Part shown: in pieces, positions 61,739-64,000 of the stretch
Layout: the number at the start of each line of letters is the position of its first letter
How positions within the stretch are numbered: position 1 is the first letter of the stretch
NCBI GenBank assembly: GCA_963924565.1
Contig: OZ004615.1
Location: 16,182,001 to 16,246,000 of the forward strand
DNA: 64,000 bases
Reading direction: 5' to 3'
DNA from: Ascidiella aspersa
Taxonomy: Eukaryota
Notes under the pieces: model-generated
What the model was told of the DNA's origin: nothing
Database searches by the model: none
Seen by the model: only the letters and a program-made list of their open reading frames with translations
Program-made: the position numbers and the translations under genes

Positions 61739-62129
61739 CAGTGATGTAAACAAGTCATTTCAAAGTCCCAGTCAAGTCTTTTTGAATAAATAACAAGTCA
61801 AGTCCCAGTCAAGTCATACTTAGAGCAAGTCAACCTCAACAGCCCTTGTCAAAAAAACTTTAAATTATGCAAACCGGAAAACTCCTCTGATTATTATGAG
61901 CAACTCAAGTAAAAAATAACACAAAAGCAACATATTACAAGCAAATTCATATATGCTCAAAGATTGGGATAAATAACGCAATTTTATAAAAAATTACTTA
62001 AAAGTCATTTGTCCAAATGACTTAAGTCAAGTCAAGTCATTTGCCCAAAAGACTTCAAGTCAAGTCATTTAAAAACAGTGACTTAAGTGCACTTAAGTCA
62101 AGTCATAGACTTAAGTCATTACAACACTG
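61739..62129. mobile_element. Non-autonomous element with AAGTC pentamer arrays
   Basis: Ends CAGTGATGTAA / TTACAACACTG with many AAGTC units. Related pieces lie at 8451-8610 and 58420-58450. Confidence 0.6.
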
Positions 62130-62811
62130 TTTTACAATGTAACATTTTAGCATGTTTTTTTAAACAGATTCCACCAAAACTAATTTCGTGTAAACAGGTA
62201 TACACCTATGTTCAGTATTTTTTAAGCCTTCGTTAAACATAGGTTACTAGAACAATCAAAGATTTAATCATGAATATGACGTTTCTAATTGAAAAATAGG
62301 GCAATGGAAATATGTCAAAACTAGCCAAAAAAAATGCACCTGACCCTGAATTCCCATAGCTGAAAGAAAATTGTAAAACAAAATTTCCTTGTTTATTTGT
62401 GTACAAGAAACGACATGAAAAAATATAAGTTAGAAAAATGTGTTGCAGATGGGAGTATACGAATGTGAAGCTCTAAACATCGCTTAGCAATAGAAGATAA
62501 CACAGAAAGGAAATCACAAGCACCATGTTAGATCACTTCACAAAAAGCCTTATTCATAAAGAAAACAGAATTGAAAACCCGGTGCTTTTAAAAATCGCAC
62601 AAATAAATGCAATAACCACAGCAAATTTCGCTTGGAAGAATTAATAAATGTTCATATACAAGTAAAACGATAATAATCATCACCACCATACATTTGAAAC
62701 TGGTCCTACATGTTTACAAGCATGCTTAGTTTTTATTATGGCACAAATGCATTTAGGACTTAGTAAAAATGTCTGATGCAGTTTGAAACAGTGTTTTTTG
62801 GTACAGTAAGG

Positions 62812-63975
62812 TTATTTACACACAAAGCCAGCTTTACAGTACTCCTTAATTTTTTCTGGAAGGGGCAGCCCATCCACTGCGGCATTCATCTTAGTGTGAA
62901 CATTGTCATCAAAATCAGAATCCTTGGAGCAACCGAACCCCTGCAACAGTGTGCTGCGTAAGGCCTGTTTGCACAAGCACAGAAGATTGGCAGGACTTCC
63001 CTTCAGAGCAAGCACTTCATAGTTGCGAAACAAGTACTCCTTCCCATCAAACGGGATGTATAGGCATTTGTGAGTTGGATGAACTTTTCCTGGTATCTGC
63101 ACAGAGTCGAAGCTTATCTCCAGTCTTTTACCCCGCCAGGTTCTTCCCTGGTTCAGTGAGCCAACTGTTCGCCCAATATAAAGCGGCTCCAGGTAGGAAC
63201 AGTCGATGCCCCCAATTACAGCGTTCAAGGGGACATTTCCTCCACTGCATCTCACCCAATGTACAGAATCACTGTCACTTGAAGCTAACACCTCATACTC
63301 ATTTGCTGTTCTTACTCCAGTTCCATATGAAACTAACAGACATCTAAAAAAACATATATAGTATTTTTGTCATAATGTTTATTTAATAATACATATGTAT
63401 TTACATAAACATACATATATAGTAATATAAACATATATTATTATAACTTTTAATACAATATAACTTTTGTTTACAAGAAATATAAAGTTACTGTTTGGAA
63501 TTAATTGGGATTGTTGGACTTTCATAATATATATATATATGTATGTTTACATTACTTATGAAAGTCCAACAAATCCCGCCATTGGCAAACTAAAACAGCG
63601 CACAATCCGTAGTGATGTACACTTTAAAAACCTCTGGAATATGTCATGTCACTTGTTTCTAGATGAATTTGGTGGATCCACTATATACTGTATTATATTC
63701 CTGAGTTAAAATGGTCATTATACTAGAACAAAATAAAAGTATTTTTACTTTTGGCTTGGAATGACGAGGCCCGGGGTCAACTGATTGTGATTCTCCAAAA
63801 GGCGAGTACGTCCGATGTAACAAATTTCCATGTTCGGCAAACAGCCACCTGCTATTGCACCCTTAGGGACATTTCCATCTTTGGCACTGTGCCAACATAA
63901 GTTGCTTGAAGGAACAGTAGTGGGCCCAGTACATTGATCCAATTCGAGCATAGTCCAACGACCACAGCAGAGCAT
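62812..63975 (-). CDS. DM9-repeat (DUF3421/natterin-N-like) protein with C-terminal SOCS box; two exons in window (63749 to ~63951/63975 and 62812-63343), start uncertain
   Basis: A phase-2 intron joins WHSAKDGNVPKGAIAGG..CYIGR..TPGLVIPSQK to CLLVSYGTGVRTANEYEVL (DM9 repeat 1). Repeat 2 is WVRCSGGNVPLNAVIGG..LYIGR..IPGKVHPTHKCLYIPFDGKEYLFRNYEVL. It is followed by a BC box (PANLLCLCKQALR) and a Cul5 box (VDGLPLPEKIKEY). Confidence 0.88.
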
Positions 63976-64000
63976 TAGAAAAATAGTATTATCAAAAAAT

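Overview
AT-rich, intron-rich animal genomic DNA, not prokaryotic, so the ORF track is mostly exon fragments and noise. It is most likely a tunicate (ascidian). This is an inference from tandem non-vertebrate I-domain integrin alpha genes plus a CatSper-beta gene with short introns. Manual GT-AG splicing gives five protein-coding genes. (1) The 5' part of an I-domain integrin alpha (- strand, runs off the left edge). (2) A complete 27-exon, ~1257-aa I-domain integrin alpha paralog (-, 8185-27849). (3) A 21-exon CATSPERB ortholog (+, 30494-44909). (4) An EF-hand Ca2+-regulated mitochondrial ATP-Mg/Pi carrier, SCaMC/SLC25A23-25 family (+, to 59813). (5) A small protein with two DM9 repeats fused to a C-terminal SOCS box (-, 62812 to ~63975). 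Introns and intergenic DNA hold many hAT-type MITEs with 8-bp target-site duplications (TSDs), a decayed Academ-type transposon, and Penelope-type minimal hammerhead ribozyme motifs. The strongest candidates for novelty are the DM9-SOCS box fusion (a possible glycan-sensing Cullin5 E3 adaptor), a dispersed ~95-bp hammerhead-carrying element with paired copies in one integrin intron, and a CATSPERB that appears to lack a large extracellular segment. All gene models were read by eye and have no transcript support.
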